Positions 1 to 13,371 of a stretch of DNA of 64,000 nucleotides are shown here, piece after piece (positions within the stretch are counted from its first letter, which is position 1; every line of letters begins with the position of its first letter). The notes below the pieces were generated by a model, which did not search any database, was not told where the DNA came from, and saw only the letters and a list, made by a program, of their open reading frames with translations. The position numbers were made by a program, and so were the translations under genes. Source of the stretch: Octopus vulgaris (Eukaryota); contig OX597820.1 in the NCBI GenBank assembly GCA_951406725.2, positions 126,728,001-126,792,000 of the forward strand. Direction: 5' to 3'.

Positions 1-129
1 GAGGGAATAGAGTTACAAATGTGTGCAAAGGGTGGAACCTTTGTTGATGGAGAAGGAATAGGGGATGAGTAAATAGAATATGGTTGCCATGTTGAAAACA
101 TCATTATGAGTGGGAAAAGTATATAGTAT

Positions 130-320
130 TACATTTATAGTGATGAATTATATGGTTATTGACGATTTGTCTATGTTTGGCATATTTGGCATTAGAATTT
201 TTTTCTTTTGCCCTTGTTTATAAGTTGTTTATAAATTTAACCTTTAAAGGCATTTTTTAATATGCTGGCCATTAATAGAATTTCTTTCAAAAAATTTTAT
301 CCTATATTAGTAGTAATAAA
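130..320. repeat. Fragment of the AT-rich repeat family also at 15445-15790
   Basis: attgacgattt...gcatatttggcattagaa...gcccttgtttataagttgtttata...cctatattagtagta matches the reverse complement of about 15445-15612. Confidence 0.6.
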
Positions 321-509
321 TGCATATACATATATACATACATATATTCATGCATACATATATACATACATAGGTGGTTAAGCAACAAGGTGAGGTCCAT
401 AGATAGATAGATAGGTATATATGTATATATTTGTGTATATATATGTATATATATATTCATGTATATGTATGTATATGAATATATATTCATGTATATATAT
501 ATGTATATA

Positions 510-830
510 TTCAGATGTTTCCAAGATGGTTGAAAAATGTCGATATTGACGAATGTTCCGAGGGAAACCTGCAACCAGCAGAACTGAGATAAACATCACA
601 GAAGTGCATGCAGCTGTGAGGGGAAACTTTCTCTGTCATGGTCAATGTGATGATCACACACTACACACCTTCCTTCCAAGCACTGCTGTAAACAGCGGAA
701 GTGAGCTAGAACATTAAAACTTAGTGCGCATGTACAGTAGAGTCCAAGGTTATTTGTGCCAAGCAGCTTCACTCTCCATGCTTTAGCTTCGTTACTATAG
801 CAACAGTTCAGATATTTATTAATCAGACCA
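510..830. mobile_element. Mariner-family remnant: + strand transposase fragment joined to a - strand 5' end/TIR
   Basis: 510-627 resembles 'FRCFQDG..NVD.DE..G.PATSRTE'. 627-830 is homologous to 28720-28920 and includes the terminal ...tcagacc. Confidence 0.7.
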
Positions 831-1037
831 CATATATATACCTATACACATGCAAACACACACACACATACACATATATATATATATATATATATATATG
901 TATACATACGTTTATATATATGTATATATACATATATATTTATATATATATATATACACACATATACATATACATACATATACATACGTATATACATACA
1001 TATATGCATATATGTGTGTGTGTATGTGTGTTAATAT

Positions 1038-1431
1038 GCATGGCTCAGCGGTTCAAGTGTTGGGCTCACAATCATCATAAAGAGTTTGATTCCCAGACTG
1101 GGTTGTGTTCTTGAGCAAGACATTTTATTTCACGCTGCTCCAGTTCACTCAGCTGTAGAAATGAGTTGCAACATCACTGGTGCCAAGCTGTATCAGCCTT
1201 TCCCTTGGATAACATTGGTGGTGTGGAGAGAGGAGGCCGGTATGCATGGGCGACTGATGGTCTTCCAAAAACCTTACCCGGACTTGTGCACCAGTGACGT
1301 CGCAACTCATTTCTACAGCTGAGTGAACTGGAGCAACGTGAAATAAAGTGTCTGGCTTCAGAACACAACAAACAGCCTGGGAATCAAACTCACTACCTCA
1401 TGATTGTGAGCCCAACACTTGAACCTTTGAG
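1038..1431. mobile_element. Tail-to-tail inverted pair of tRNA-derived SINEs (family E)
   Basis: A-box-like tggctcagcgg, B-box-like gtttgattccc and cttgagcaagaca core on +. 1302-1431 is the reverse complement of about 1044-1169. Confidence 0.75.
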
Positions 1432-1491
1432 GTGCAATTCCATGGTCATGTATGACCAAAGGAGGAGCTTTACCTTTTTATACACACACTC

Positions 1492-1760
<269 letters not shown>

Positions 1761-2331
1761 AAATTTAATTGATAAATTTATAGAGAGGGAGTGAGTGAGA
1801 GAGAGGGAGCACTATTACAGACACATGCACAGCAAAATGCAAACTAATTACACACAAACACACACTTACACACATACACACACACAACTACTACTACGCA
1901 CCAACCTTTACACATAATACACACATACACAGAGCTTAAGTTACCATACACAGCCTGAGAATTCACACACACACACTCTTGATTGGGTGGTGCTATTTAT
2001 TATCACCTAGTTTAATTAAAGGTAAACAAATCACCAATTTAAAGAGAATAAAAAACAAATTAAGGGAGAAAAACAATGAAAAAAAATCTCCTCTTAAAAT
2101 TAAAGATAAGCAGAATTTCTTGAGAAATTGTATTTCTAAATATAAACTGCATACAAGTAACCTTTACAATCAATCTGTATTGCTTTTGAAAGCTTGGATA
2201 TTGGTAGACGATGGTGGAACAGGGCAGGTGGTCTGATGGCAATGTGTATGCATGTAAGTGCATTTGCAGTCTTGCAAATATATGCATGTGTGTGTATGCA
2301 TCTGTTTAGATATATGTTGTATATATGTATG

Positions 2332-2403
<72 letters not shown>

Positions 2404-2404
2404 C

Positions 2405-2494
<90 letters not shown>

Positions 2495-2524
2495 ATGTAT
2501 ATGTATATGTATATATATATATAT

Positions 2525-3645
2525 AAAACTTAGATAAAACTTAGATATGTTTCGACCAGAGATTGGTCCAGGCCATGTCTAACTTAATAGCACCACCTGA
2601 TAGGATTATTCGAATCCTGTTTAAGTCAAGTTTTGTTCAAGTAGTGAGTTCTTGTTGGGTGAGTTGTATCCAGTTTTGTTCAAGTAGTGAGTTCTTGTTG
2701 GGTGAGTTGTATCCAATTATGGGTGGCTTATCTGGTATTCTTTGAAGGAATCTATCCAGACTCTGTTTGAAGTTGATGGGATCCTTTTCCTCTTTGATCT
2801 CCCTCGGGACAATGTTAAATAGGGCAGGGCCTGTTGAGGAAAAGAAATTATGTTGCAGTGTACATGTATGTTGTGATCTTGAATTTGGCAGGGGACGTAT
2901 AGCCCGTGGTCCAAGTCTCGGATGAACCTTGAAGCTAATGTTTAGGTCGTTTGGGCAAAGTTGGCGGTATATTTTCCACATCATACAAATGATGTACCGC
3001 TCACGGCGACGCTGGAGGGAGTAAAGTTTCAAGGCTTTAAGGCGATCCCAATAGTTGAGAGCAGCCATGTCTTCAATTTGTTTAGTGAGAGCCCTCTGGG
3101 GTGACTCAATTCTGGAGATGTTTTGTCTTGTGTGAGGAGACCACAGTGGGCAGCAGTATTCAAGGTGTGGCCGTACAAAGGATGAAAAAAGTGGTATGAT
3201 GACACCTTGTTCTCTGGACCGGAAAGTTCTTAAGATCCAGGAACTCATCCTACGAGCTGTATCGACCTTCTTGTTGATGTGTGCACTCCAACTGAGATCG
3301 TCATCAACAATTACACCCAGGTCTCTGATATTGTTAGAGGCTGTGAGCGGTTCCCCTGAAGGAAGAGAGTATGGTTGTTTTAGTGAGGAATTTCTTCCAA
3401 AATGCATCAGCTCAAATTTTCCCTCATTCAGTTGCATTTTGTTTCTGTCTGCCCATTGACTCACAGCATATAGGTCAGACTGGAGTTGAGTTCGGTCTGC
3501 TTCTTCATTGACGATTTGCTGGAGCTTAGTGTCATCAGCGAATATTTTCACTTTGCAGTGATGTACGACACTGGAAAGGTCGTTTACATAAATTATGAAG
3601 AGTAGCGGACCCAAAACAGTTCCCTGGGGAACACCGCTGGTGACT
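2525..3645 (-). mobile_element. 5'-truncated CR1/L2-group LINE
   Basis: RT ORF (below), a short 3' UTR and a tandem tail (TCTAAGTTTTA)2 on - abutting (TA)n. Confidence 0.9.
2637..3644 (-). pseudogene. Reverse transcriptase C-terminal half (CR1-like ORF2), open for more than 330 codons
   Basis: VTSGVPQGTVLGPLLFIIYVNDL, FADDTK, RDLGVIVD, VRPHLEYCCPLWSP and YSLQRRRER motifs. Lacks the endonuclease and N-terminal RT. Confidence 0.92.
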
Positions 3646-3724
3646 ATATGATGATGATGACGATGATGATGATGATATATATGTGTATGTATGTATATAT
3701 ATGTATGTATGTATGTATGTATAT

Positions 3725-3860
3725 CATCATCATCGTTTAACGTCCGCTTTCCATGCTAGCATGGGTTGGACAGTTCAACTGGGGTCTGGGAAGACCGAAG
3801 GCTGCACCAGGCCAGTCAGATCTGGCAGTGTTTCTACAGCTGGATGCCCTTCCTAACGTC
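3725..3860 (-). mobile_element. 3' UTR fragment of RTE-type LINE with (GAT)n tail
   Basis: catcatcgtttaacgtccgctttccatgctagcatgggttgg...ggatgcccttcctaac matches the 3' end of 47631-48483. Similar pieces at 4185-4320, 20545-20690, 27895-28030, 55795-55860 and 63880-63980. Confidence 0.85.
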
Positions 3861-4021
3861 AAATAAATATATATAAATATATTACAGAGAAGTACTTGCA
3901 TAGCTAGTGACCTGATCTGAGATCGTGTGCTGGAACGAAAACAATCGCAACGTGGAAGGTGTTTATAAGCCATTTAAAAACACACAAAAACCATTAGATT
4001 CACTTCAACATCTAAATTAAA

Positions 4022-4073
4022 TTTGTAGAAATATTTTCGTCACTTTGAAACCGTGACTTGTTCACTGACAAAA
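4022..4073 (-). ncRNA. Hammerhead-like motif with G3:C8 core swap, in a repeat (3880-4086) that has a second copy at 27300-27550
   Basis: TTTTGTCA GTGAACA A GTCAC ggtttcaaa GTGAC GAAA ATATTTC TACAAA. Stem I 3' strand is damaged. Confidence 0.5.
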
Positions 4074-4337
4074 TTCCATGCTGCATATGTATATATATAT
4101 GTATATATATATATATACGTACAGAGAGAAAAACTGACAAACATGGAGATACTGAGAGATACATGTGAGTGTGTATGTGTATCATCATCATCATCATCAT
4201 ATCATTTTAACATTTAGTTTTCCATGCTTGCATAAACAAGATGGAGTTTATTGGTGCAGGTTTTCTACAGCTGGATGCCTTCTCTGTTGCCAGCCCTCCC
4301 CTGTTTCCCAAACAAGGTAGTATTTCCCCTCCTTGCA

Positions 4338-4630
4338 TGAAGGCACATGGCTTAGTGGTTAGGGCATTCGACTCATGATCATAAGGTTGTGAGTTCAATT
4401 CCCAGCAATGTGTTGTGTCCTTGAACAAGGCACTTTATTTCAAGTTGCTCCAGTCCACTCAGCTGGCAAAAATGAGTTGTACCTGTATTTCAAAGGACCA
4501 GCCTTGTCACTCTCTGTGTCACGTTGAATCTTCCTGAGAATTACGTTAGGGGTACACGTGTCTGTGGATTGCTCAGTCACTTGCACGTTAATTTCACGAG
4601 CAAGCTGTTCCATCGTAACCAACAAAATGT
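4338..4630 (+). mobile_element. tRNA-derived SINE family E (CORE-like ttgtgtccttga.caaggcact)
   Basis: tggcttagtggttagg A box and gagttcaattccc B box. Other copies or fragments at 15320-15430, 21140-21215, 26930-27215, 60100-60390 and 60955-61085. Confidence 0.85.
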
Positions 4631-4793
4631 GCCTCTCCTCTCTATGCACAAACACACACACACACACACACACACATACACACGCATATATATGTGTAGA
4701 TAGATAGATAGATAGATATACTTTATACGCACTTTTGACAAGTTGTGGTGCACTTGAGCACTGTATACAATAATTTCATTATTATATAATAGA

Positions 4794-4889
<96 letters not shown>

Positions 4890-5245
4890 TAGATAGATAG
4901 AAAAAAGTCATCAGAATTTTGGAAAAAAATCCTTTCATTTCTTCATTATTATTAGCACTTTTGTTCCTTTCTAGATAGAACTTGTCAAATAAGATTTTAT
5001 TTGACAAGTTCTAGAAAGGAATGAAGGCGCTAATAATAATGAAGAAATAAAAGGATTTTTTCCAAACTTCTGATGACTTTTCTCAATATATATGTGTGTG
5101 CGTGTGTGTATATATATATGTGTGTGTGTGTGTGTACATTTTCTGTATTAAATGTATTTAATATTTTTTGTATATCGACTTGCCTAACTTGCTTGTTTTT
5201 CTCTACCTGCTCAAGTTTAAACTTCTTGAGCACTACCTGTCTCTA

Positions 5246-5283
<38 letters not shown>

Positions 5284-5382
5284 ATATCTATCTATCTATC
5301 TATCTATATATAACGCTGTAAAAGACGTTTTTTGATTCAAAATTTTAGTTCATTGATTAAACCTCACCAAGTTAAATATGTA

Positions 5383-5452
5383 AACCACCTGAAGAATGAC
5401 TGTAACACGAAAATTTTAAAAATTGAACAGCCATGAAACGATCGTAGTGTTA
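5383..5452 (+). ncRNA. Type I hammerhead ribozyme motif
   Basis: AACCAC CTGAAGA ATGACTGT..ACAGCCAT GAAA CGATCG TA GTGTT. Palindromic stem III, GUA site. Confidence 0.75.
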
Positions 5453-5659
5453 TATTAATTATCTTTTTTAATAATTTTGATATATATTTAAATAATATAA
5501 ATTAATTAATCTTATGTATTGGCTTAAGTTTTTCATTGTATGATTTGCCTAACAGTGGTTTTATCTCTAATTTAATATGATATAATATTTTACTATAAAA
5601 TTGGATTCAATCCTAAATCTGATTTTTCCCTGTAAGTTTGGATTTATTCCCTAATATTT

Positions 5660-5711
<52 letters not shown>

Positions 5712-5865
5712 GTATGTATATGTATCCATGTGTATATAAATATAAACAAACTAACATTTGTTTTTTATAAGTGCTGGAATGTGTATTGTAAGATACAAAT
5801 AGGATGATAATTTATACGAGTGTACTGGTATAGATGTGGCAACTTTTGAAATATTGTTGAGGTTT

Positions 5866-5938
5866 ATGCAGCTGATGAGGATAAATCAAGTATACGTTTG
5901 GCAAGCGTATTTTGAAAAATCTGAAACCAGTACTGCAT
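5866..5938 (+). ncRNA. Type I hammerhead ribozyme motif
   Basis: ATGCAG CTGATGA GGAT..(TCAAGTATACGTTT/AAGCGTATTTTGA)..ATCT GAAA CCAG TA CTGCAT. Perfect 6-bp stem I. Confidence 0.8.
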
Positions 5939-6199
5939 TATCCATTATCTAGGTTTTTCATTTTTCAGATGTTTTTCCTAGAGGTATGACAATTTTTTTC
6001 ATGTTTGTTGCACACACGCATCTTTACTAGTACATACGCAGTGAAGCTATACATTAGCGTCGTATTTATTACGTTCGCTATTTTCCAGTAGATATCGGTG
6101 CTTCGTTGTACCATTTATTTACTTTTATGTATAATTTTACCCTCACAGGCCATCCTTTACTGGAAAGCAATACTCTTGTATTGCATTACTATTTTCATT

Positions 6200-6271
<72 letters not shown>

Positions 6272-6810
6272 AATGTACGTATGTTTGTAATATATATACA
6301 TATTTTTTGCAGACATAAATGTTGGATAGCTTTACATACATGTATAGTGTGTTGGTAATAGCGTTGATGTGAGCATAATTTGTAATATCGCTATCATCAT
6401 AATCCATATCAACATCGTCGATGTCATCATCATCATTATTGTCGTCAATGTTTTCATACTTCCCCTAGTTGGCATAATTTGGCAAGATCTGACACACATA
6501 CTTATATCTATATTGGTACAGATATACATATAGATATGCACATATATACAAGAACACACATAAACAATTGAACACATACAAACACACACACACAGAGCAC
6601 ATGCATATATATGTATATATGTATACACGCATAATCACAATAAACAGAATTTGCCATTCTGTTTACATAGTATTATCATCCAAGAACAAACTGCTGTCTG
6701 ATTATTTAACTATTAAGATATTGATGTGTCTGTCTGTCTTTTATTGTTTGTTAGTTGCTGCCATTTTCTTGTTTCCAAGTTATTTAATTCTCTCCATACT
6801 TGTGTGTATA

Positions 6811-6851
<41 letters not shown>

Positions 6852-6996
6852 AAACATATATATATAATATATTTATGTGTATATGTATATATAGTTAACC
6901 CAAACATGAAAACACAAAGAGAAAACATAACAATACGAGGACGTGGAACAAGTATAATGTTATTGGATGCTCAGGAAAGAAAAGAAAGAAGGAGGA

Positions 6997-7029
6997 TTTA
7001 ACGTTTCGAGCGGAGCTCTTCGTCAGAAA
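6997..7029 (-). ncRNA. Minimal hammerhead motif in repeat 6895-7080
   Basis: TTT CTGACGA A GAGC tcc GCTC GAAA CG TT AAA. Confidence 0.6.
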
Positions 7030-7202
7030 CATAGGAAAAGGAAAGATCCAAGGAAGGGAAGACGAAAGAAAAAAATTGCATTGTGTATATATGTATATAT
7101 GCATGTATGTATATATATGTGTGTTTGTGTATGTATATGTATATATATGTATGCATGTATATTCTTGTGTGTGTGTGTAATTAAACAAATAATATACATA
7201 CA

Positions 7203-7240
<38 letters not shown>

Positions 7241-7244
<4 letters not shown>

Positions 7245-8856
7245 GGGGGTAAATAAGTATTCGTACATGTCAAAATTCTTTATTTATCTAATTTCTAATG
7301 AACATAAATGGGATATACCAATACTATATTTGCATACACATGCATAAACTAAGAATATGCAAAAGAAACTAATAAATTATAGTAACTAAGGAATTTATAT
7401 ACAATTATAAATATTTAGGGGTGAAAAAAGTATTCGTACAGAACATAAATAACTGATAATTCTGATTTAATACTTCGTAGCATAACCATTATTCAGTTCC
7501 ACTTCAACCAATCTCTTCTTGCAGTTCTTTAATCAATGACTCGCATGTTTCTTTAGGAATTTTTTCCCATTCTTCTTGACAAATTTTCTTCAAATCTGGA
7601 ATTCACGTTGGGGCTCTTGAATGAATTTTAATTTTCAAATAACGCCACAAATTTTCAATGTGGTTCAAGTCAGGTGACTGGCTTGGCCATTCTAATAAGT
7701 TTATATTGTGATCGACAATCCATTTTGTGGTAGACTTCGCCGGTGCTTAGGGTCGTTATCCTGTTGTAAAACCCACCCTTCACAAAGCTGGAGCTTTTCT
7801 ACAGAGTCCGATAAATTATTATTTAAAATATTTTGGTACATCTCTGCATTCATTCTACCATCTATCACATGTAAATTGCCAGTACCATTTGCAGAGAATA
7901 CACCCCCACACCATGATGTTGCCACCTCCAAACTTTATGGTAGGAATTGTGTTTTTCGGCGAATAGGCAGTACCATCTTTCCTTCAAACATGGCTACGCG
8001 AATTTCATTCAAACAATTCAATTTTCGACTCGTCTGTCCATAGAACATTTTCCCAGAATGTATCAGGTTTATCTTTATGTTCATAAACAAATTTTAAACG
8101 GGCATCTCTATGCCTTTTAGTCAACAGCGGAGTTTTTCTGGGAGAGCATGACTTCAGTCCATTTCTATGAAGTTCATTGCTGATTGTTCGTAGCGTAACA
8201 TTAGTCCCTGAAGCTAACAAATCTTCTTGCAACTCTTTTCTGGTGATCATTGCGCTTTTTTTTTTTATTCTTCACTTCATTTTTCTTAAAGATCTAGGAG
8301 AAATCTTGCATGGTGCACTGGATCTTATTCTGTTTTTAACAGTTCCCAATTTTTTATATCTTTGAATAAATGAAGATATTGTAGAAAATGGAATACAAAG
8401 GGTCTCTGATATTTTCCTGTAACTTTTACCTGCTTTCCACTGTTCAATAATTAAGTGTTTTCACTGTATTTGTGAGTTCTTTACTTTTCGCCATTATTAC
8501 GATATCACTTTATGTTGTCTCTGTCCTGAATGAAGAAGCTAGCGTTTTGACACTTAAAAATGACAACTGATAAGATTATTGGAACAAACGAGAAAGTTCT
8601 AGTAAAAAAAAAATTATTTTAACAGTATTTTGTGGCATAGAAAATCATAAATTTATTCTATACAAATACTTTTTTCACCCCTAAATATTTATGATTGTAT
8701 ATAAATTCCTTAGTTACTATAATTTATTAGTTTCTTTTGCATACTCTTAGTTTATGCATGTGTATGCAAATATAGTATTGGTATATACCATTTATGTTCA
8801 TTAGAAATTAAATGAATAAAGAATTTTGACATGTACGAATATTTATTTCCCCCCAC

Positions 8857-8858
<2 letters not shown>
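7241..8858 (-). mobile_element. Full-length Tc1 (DD34E) transposon with about 205-bp IR/DR-type TIRs and a disrupted transposase (about 7467-8494)
   Basis: 7241-7443 is the reverse complement of about 8655-8858. Sits in (TA)n. Motifs [29 protein letters not shown] and GYATKY*. Frameshifts present. Confidence 0.95.
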
Positions 8859-8922
<64 letters not shown>

Positions 8923-8938
8923 CCTCAGAATGTCTGTG

Positions 8939-8973
<35 letters not shown>

Positions 8974-9056
8974 GCATTGTATTACATTCAAGCAATGCTT
9001 ATGCATACATCATTCTACTTAAACATTTGTCCATTCATCTACTATATATATACATA

Positions 9057-9125
<69 letters not shown>

Positions 9126-9890
9126 GCCTACACACATATATACATATATATACATGTATATGCATACATATACCTATATGCACATATATATATATATTTA
9201 TATATATATATCACACAATCATAACTTTCTATCCTTATATACTTACTTTATTAGTAAGCTACCTACCTGCATAGAAACTTGTTGCTAGCCAAACACACAG
9301 CAAGTCTATTACCATACTTTTGTCATATATATCATAGTTTCTTAGTATGGTATTGATCTAGTGTGCTAGACGCATCACCTCTTCCTGTTATGCCAAATTA
9401 TCCATACAAAAATCTACAATTCATTCATATTCCCTTATTTCTCTTTCTCACTCTTTCTCTCTTCCTCTTCCCCTATCCCTCTCCCCCTCGCTCTCAATCT
9501 ATTTCTCTCTCTCTTTATTCCTATCTCAGTATTGTTACTACCTGGATTTAACTTAAAGTGTACTTTTACTACTGCCTATGCTTTTGCATTTCAGATTAAA
9601 CAGACTCCAAAAATATTCACATCCAATGCATATACATTAACATCTTATGTGTATGTGTGTGTGTGTATGTGAGCTTCTGTACATGTGTGCATGCATGTGT
9701 GTGTGTGTGTGTGCATATTATATTTGTAAATAGATTGGTAGACAGATAGATAGACACACGCACTCACACACACATACACACACACACATACATAAACACA
9801 AACACATATGCACACAATAAACTCACTGGCTTATCATTACCTTTGGTTTGCTAGATATTGGCATAAAAACTGTATATGAATATATATATA

Positions 9891-9949
<59 letters not shown>

Positions 9950-10172
9950 TATACATAAAATAATTATTATTTGTGGGAATATTATTCCTAACTTACAGGG
10001 AAAAATTCAATTTAGAAATACTAAATCAATTTTCACAAAATATAATATATATGTAATTTTCTAGATGGTGTAATTTAATTGTTCATTTTGAATTGATAAA
10101 AGGTGGTTTTTTTCTAATTTTTATGTTAGCCACTACACACATTTTTTTCTCTCCTTGTTTTTTTCTGTGTCC

Positions 10173-10208
10173 CTTTCTGTAGAAGAGTGTAGGCTCGAAA
10201 CGTAAAAG
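10173..10208 (+). ncRNA. Minimal hammerhead-like motif with non-canonical core (CUGUAGA) in repeat 10130-10300
   Basis: CTTT CTGTAGA A GAGT gtag GCTC GAAA CG TA AAAG. Confidence 0.5.
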
Positions 10209-10294
10209 ACTTTTTCTATTCCTGAGCGCTATACCAATATATCTGTTTGTTTTGTACACCACCTATCTTCGTCTTATGTTTTTTCGTAAACTCT

Positions 10295-10337
<43 letters not shown>

Positions 10338-10740
10338 TATAGAGAGAGAGAGAGAGGGTCTGACATACAGACAGATAGACAGGTATGATTGAATGTATTC
10401 AATGCATGTCAATTATATCATCTAGGTTTTCGGTTAAATGTTAATTACTTTGAACTCCCACCGTTGCTTGCACTTGCAGGTCATCTGCATTAGATGATGG
10501 GCTTATAATGAGATACAAAGAGCACTGCAATAATAAGAGAAAATACATGGGCATAACTTAGTATTCCTTTAATCCAACTGTTACATATGTTTCTGTGTTC
10601 GGCAACACATGACATCACACAATAGATGCAACCGGTAGATTCACTCTATAGAGGCAGCATGGTGAGCAACCACATTGTCAGTCAACTGAAAAAGATAAGA
10701 GACAAGCAGCAACCAAATTTAAACACACACACGCACACAT

Positions 10741-11175
10741 GCGGAGGGTACATGTGGAAGGGATAGACCTAGGAAGACATGGGACAAAATGGTGAGAAAG
10801 AACCTTCGGATGCTGGGCCTCACTGAGGAAATGGCAAGGGACTGGGAGATGTGGCAATTAACTGCATTTGAGGAGACACATCAAGGTAAATAAAATTGTT
10901 GTCTTCCACACATTCGAGCTTGTCCTTTGAGGCGCCAGTGCCACTTAAAAAGCACCTGTGCTGGTGCAGCATAAATACTTGCATGACAGTGGGGCATAAA
11001 AAGCACCCAGTGTTAGGAATGGTATCCAGCCATAGAAATCATGTCACAACAGACAGCTGGAGTCTGGACAGCTTCCTGCTAGCCAGCTTCATGTCAAACT
11101 GTCCAACCGATGCTAGCATGGAGACTGGATGTTAAACGATGAAGATGACGATGACGACGACGACGATGATGATGT
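10741..11175 (+). mobile_element. Degenerate RTE-type LINE 3' end
   Basis: AEGTCGRDRPRKTWDKMVRKNLRMLGLTEEMARDWEMW, then 3' UTR and (GAT/GAC)n tail. Confidence 0.85.
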
Positions 11176-11544
11176 GATGTGTGTGTATGTGTGCATGTGT
11201 GTGTGCATGTGCACATGTAGCAATGTTAGGTATGTGCATGATGGAGCTGATGAGGCATTAGCCTGCACTATTCAGCCATGGGTAAATTTAAACAGTTGTT
11301 TGTTATGTTACTTAAACACACATAATCAATTATTCATAATGTGGTACAGAGAGGAATAGCACAGAAACAAACGTAACCAATATTAAACTATATTGAGACC
11401 TTCATCTTCTCCCTCGTCTCCTATGTTATTCTACATAATGCTTGCACGCTCTTCATGCCAGGAATAAGAACCAAGTATTCCTGCACCAGTGGATTTCTTA
11501 AATGCTAGTTTTGTAAAAGTGCTGATAGCTAGAAGTTTGCATTG

Positions 11545-11950
11545 AGCACAAAGAGACAACAAAACAACCAGATAGACGATACAAAAACCACGGATGGGTC
11601 ATTTGAAGCCTTTAATCTTCAGTCAAGAACCGGATCATCCTCGCAATTTCAGCTGATTAATCTTGAGATTGCTCCAATCTGGCCAGCCCCAAGGAAAATC
11701 TAAGGTAAGAGCATTAGATTCCTTGGAAAATAGCATCGAATGTATACGAAACAAGAATGGAAAAACAGACAATGTTACACGAATATAAATACAAAAATAA
11801 TACAAAAAACAATAATAATAACAGGACATAACAACAGGCGTCTTTCAACTGGAGATGAATTGAATTCAGCTGGTGTGTTGGGAATTAAGCCTTACAGCAG
11901 AGGGAGGAATATCAATGTGACACTAACCATGGTTAAACGCAAAAGGGCTA
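11545..11950. repeat. Unclassified interspersed repeat, partly repeated at 12240-12420 and related to 14900-15120
   Basis: ccagatagacgatacaaaaa...gggtcattc/tgaagcctttaatcttca...ttgagattgctccaat occurs twice. Confidence 0.7.
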
Positions 11951-12508
11951 GCAGTAGGCCAACGGTCACATGAGAAGAGAAGAGAGAGAAAAAGAGGAAC
12001 AAAGGAATTAAGGAGGGGAGAAGAGAGAGAGAGAGAGAGAGTGTGTGTAGAAGGAAGAATCAAGGAGTGGTGAGAATAAAAGAAAGACAGGGACATAGCA
12101 AAGTGCAAAGTAAGAAAGGCAAAGAGATGTGAGAGAGGGGGAGAGAGAGTGTTGAAGAAGTCATACGAAATTTAGTGAAATCTGTACTAACATATAAGAG
12201 AGCAAAGTGTACGTACGCTGCTATATATATATATATAAAAAATACAAAATGGGAAAAGAACGCAAAACATCCGGACAACTAAGTGATACAAAAAAGGGAC
12301 AACAAAACATCCAGATAGACGATACAAAAACACGGACGGGTCATTCAAAGCCTTTAATCTTCAATCAAGAACCGGATCATCCTTGCAATTTAGGCTGATT
12401 AATCTTGAGATTGCTCCAATGCATGTATATATGCATACCTATATATATATCTACATCTACATGTGTGTGTGTGTGTGTGCGTATGTGTGAATTATGTGTG
12501 TGTGTATG

Positions 12509-12576
<68 letters not shown>

Positions 12577-12620
12577 TATACATATATATACATATATATA
12601 TACATATAAATATATACATA

Positions 12621-12740
<120 letters not shown>

Positions 12741-13038
12741 GTATATGCATGTAAATATGTATGAATGTATGTATGGGGATAGATGTAGTGACATCTAGCC
12801 TATGAACTGCACACATGCACATATATTTACTCATACTTTAAAAAATAAATATATGAATAAATGAAAAATAAATCAGTAAATAAAACTCTTCCCCTTTATG
12901 TTTCACATGTAAACACACCAAATTGTCGAGATGAAGCCCATGATTTTCTATTAGTTTCTATGTCTCTAATTGGCTGTTTCATTTTATTGGCATGCAATTA
13001 GGCTTAGACATGCAACTGTACACAACTCCTGGACTTTG

Positions 13039-13100
<62 letters not shown>

Positions 13101-13246
13101 AAGTAGATAGATAGTTTGCTAAATGGATATCAGTCATCTATCTATGACATATACATGTATATATAAATATATATATATATATATATACATACATAAATAT
13201 ACACACATATATATATATATATACATACACATACACACATAAATAT

Positions 13247-13299
<53 letters not shown>

Positions 13300-13371
13300 C
13301 ACATACACACACATACATGTATATATGTATATATACATACACACACACTAACATGCATAAAGACAGACATG

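Noticed and set aside
8495-8650. 5' UTR introns in the other two Tc1 elements (acceptor-like sites near 8526 and 14713)
   Set aside because: No convincing donor was found upstream.
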